Of a stretch of DNA of 64,000 bases, positions 62,145 to 64,000 are shown piece by piece. Source of the DNA: Orbicella franksi (Eukaryota); NCBI GenBank assembly GCA_964199315.1, contig OZ116709.1:18972001-19036000 (forward strand), read 5' to 3'. The notes under the pieces are model-generated. The model was not told where the DNA came from. It saw only the letters and a program-made list of their open reading frames with translations, and did not search any database. Both the position numbers and the translations under genes were made by a program. The first letter of the stretch is position 1, and each line of letters starts with the position of its first letter.

Positions 62145-64000
62145 TGGTACAGGCAAGGACAAGGTGAAACTATATTTGTTCTCACTACCATCCAGGAGAT
62201 AATTATTGTCATTACGTCCTAAATTATGGTCTTACAAGTGTTTGTCTCAAAGCATAGTTGTGTTGTGTACAATCCAGCAGATAAATTGAAGGCAGGGAAA
62301 CAACCCCCCCCCCCCCCCCACCAAAAAAAATCCATGGAAGGCACAAGAAAACAACAGAAAATGTCATGTTGAGGATGAGTGGCACAGCAGTGGTAGAACG
62401 TTTGTTTTCCTTTCCAAGCTGCCTGTAAACTACAAGCCCAAGTTTTTATGGGAAGGTCAGAATTATGTTATGTATGGCACTACCACTAGCCATGGTGCGG
62501 AGATGTTCAGTCTATTAAACCACGAGGTCTGAGTGGTTGATCCAACCTGACGTTTGTGTCTTGAACATATATGTACAGTCAACTTGGCAGTGAAACAGAA
62601 AATGCATTGGGTTAAACTTAGGATTTTATTTAAATCTCACATAAACTGTACACACCAGTTGGAAAACAGTTAACTGAAAGTCAATGGACAATGTGCTATT
62701 AATATTACATGTACATATGTAGCTAAGGCTTCCTAGGGATTTGGGTAACAAGGGAACAAAGGATATTTGTTTAGATTAATTTGAGAAGACAAGGGATTTC
62801 TCTGCTATTAATAGGAACTTGACCAACTTTTGAACAACAGATTCATTAATAGGGAATAAAATTAGGAGAAAAAGTGAGGTATTTGATTGACCAGTGGAAC
62901 ATGTACATTTCCCCTTTCCCTTCGTCCAGGAGGTCTCAGGCTCAGTACAAATTTTGCAGTACATTGTACATCAAGAATTGGAATAAAAATGTCTAAAATC
63001 TGATTCACAACTTTGCTGGTGCGTATGTTAAGATATATATCTGAGCGATTTTGCAAAAACGTGCCTGATAGGTTTTTGCCTGGATTTGGGGTTAGCGACT
63101 CTAAACCTTGGGGGGGGGGGGGGGGGGGGGCTTCGTCAAGGCTGGGCCCGGTACATGGCCCAGCCAATGGCCTATCTGCTGGTGGCTTGCTGGCAGGCAG
63201 CTGTCAAAAGCAGGGGGGAGGGGAGGGTGTCTTGTATTGACACCTCCGCTTAGTTAGACTTAGCAATTTGAGTGCCAAATAACCTTGTTATTGATTGTGT
63301 TGCTTAGTAGTTTGCTCAGTTGCCAAGCCTTGTTTGAATGTTCTTTGTTAACCTGGCACCCTGCTGGAGAGGTCCATGTCACGTGCATGCATGGGGGGGC
63401 CAATCGTCTAGCCAGGGTGGTGTTCAGATCACTTTTGGGACTGTCTTCAAGTCAACTGCGGGGATGTTTTTGCGAATACAGTCAAATATAGAGAGAAGTA
63501 AAACGCTCTCCTTCCTTAACCCAGTCTCTGACTATCTAAACCCAAGTCCCAAGTTAAATTTTCAGTCATGAGTGATTTCCATAACTCAAGTTAATCGACT
63601 GAGTACCATTTTCTAACCTCTATTTACCCATCACAACTATAAATAACTATAACGAAAGTGTTTATATGCTGATTATAACCTTGCCAATCAAATCAAAAAA
63701 TGCCAAGCAATAACGATATGAAAGGAGAGCTTTCCATTTGACCAAACAATTCAGAAGGTTTAGTACTGAATTAAAAGGTTAGCTAATTCCTTCCAGAAAA
63801 ACTAAAATCTGTTGAATGCACAAATGTGAATCATTCAACCAAACTTTTTGGCAATTCCAAGAGCAAAATGGAATGGAAATTTTAAGGTGGAATTTTTGAA
63901 AACAAAAATAATTAAGCTAGCCGTATTGCAGCATGAGTGCAGAATCACCACCAGCGGTGGCTTATAAAGACAATAAACTTCTGCCGTTTGTCACTCTAAT

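Noticed and set aside
62758-62767. Minus-strand ATATCCTTTG resembling a U12 donor
   Set aside because: It lies in repeat-like sequence with no host exon or matching branch site found.

Overview
This is AT-rich eukaryotic genomic DNA with spliced genes and many short transposons. The repeat style and gene content suggest a cnidarian, probably a stony coral (inference). I rebuilt exon chains by hand from splice sites, frame continuity and recalled protein similarity. Genes found: the 3' part of SUDS3 (+), which contains a minor-spliceosome AT-AC intron; a complete FET-family gene (FUS/EWSR1/TAF15-like, -); RNF34/RFFL (+), head-to-head with the FET gene; a two-exon gene of unknown family with 57-aa tandem repeats spliced to a WRKY/GCM1-like, possibly MULE-transposase-derived zinc finger (+); NCBP3 (+); an intronless BTB-BACK-Kelch gene (-); and ZMAT5/U11-U12 20K (+). 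Introns and spacers hold tRNA-derived SINEs, LINE fragments and non-autonomous DNA elements with TA, TTAA, 5-, 6- and 9-bp target duplications. There are no prokaryotic features. The best leads are the repeat/zinc-finger gene, the U12 intron, and a FUS-exon-7-like frameshifting cassette. No database searches were run, so family assignments rest on remembered sequence motifs.
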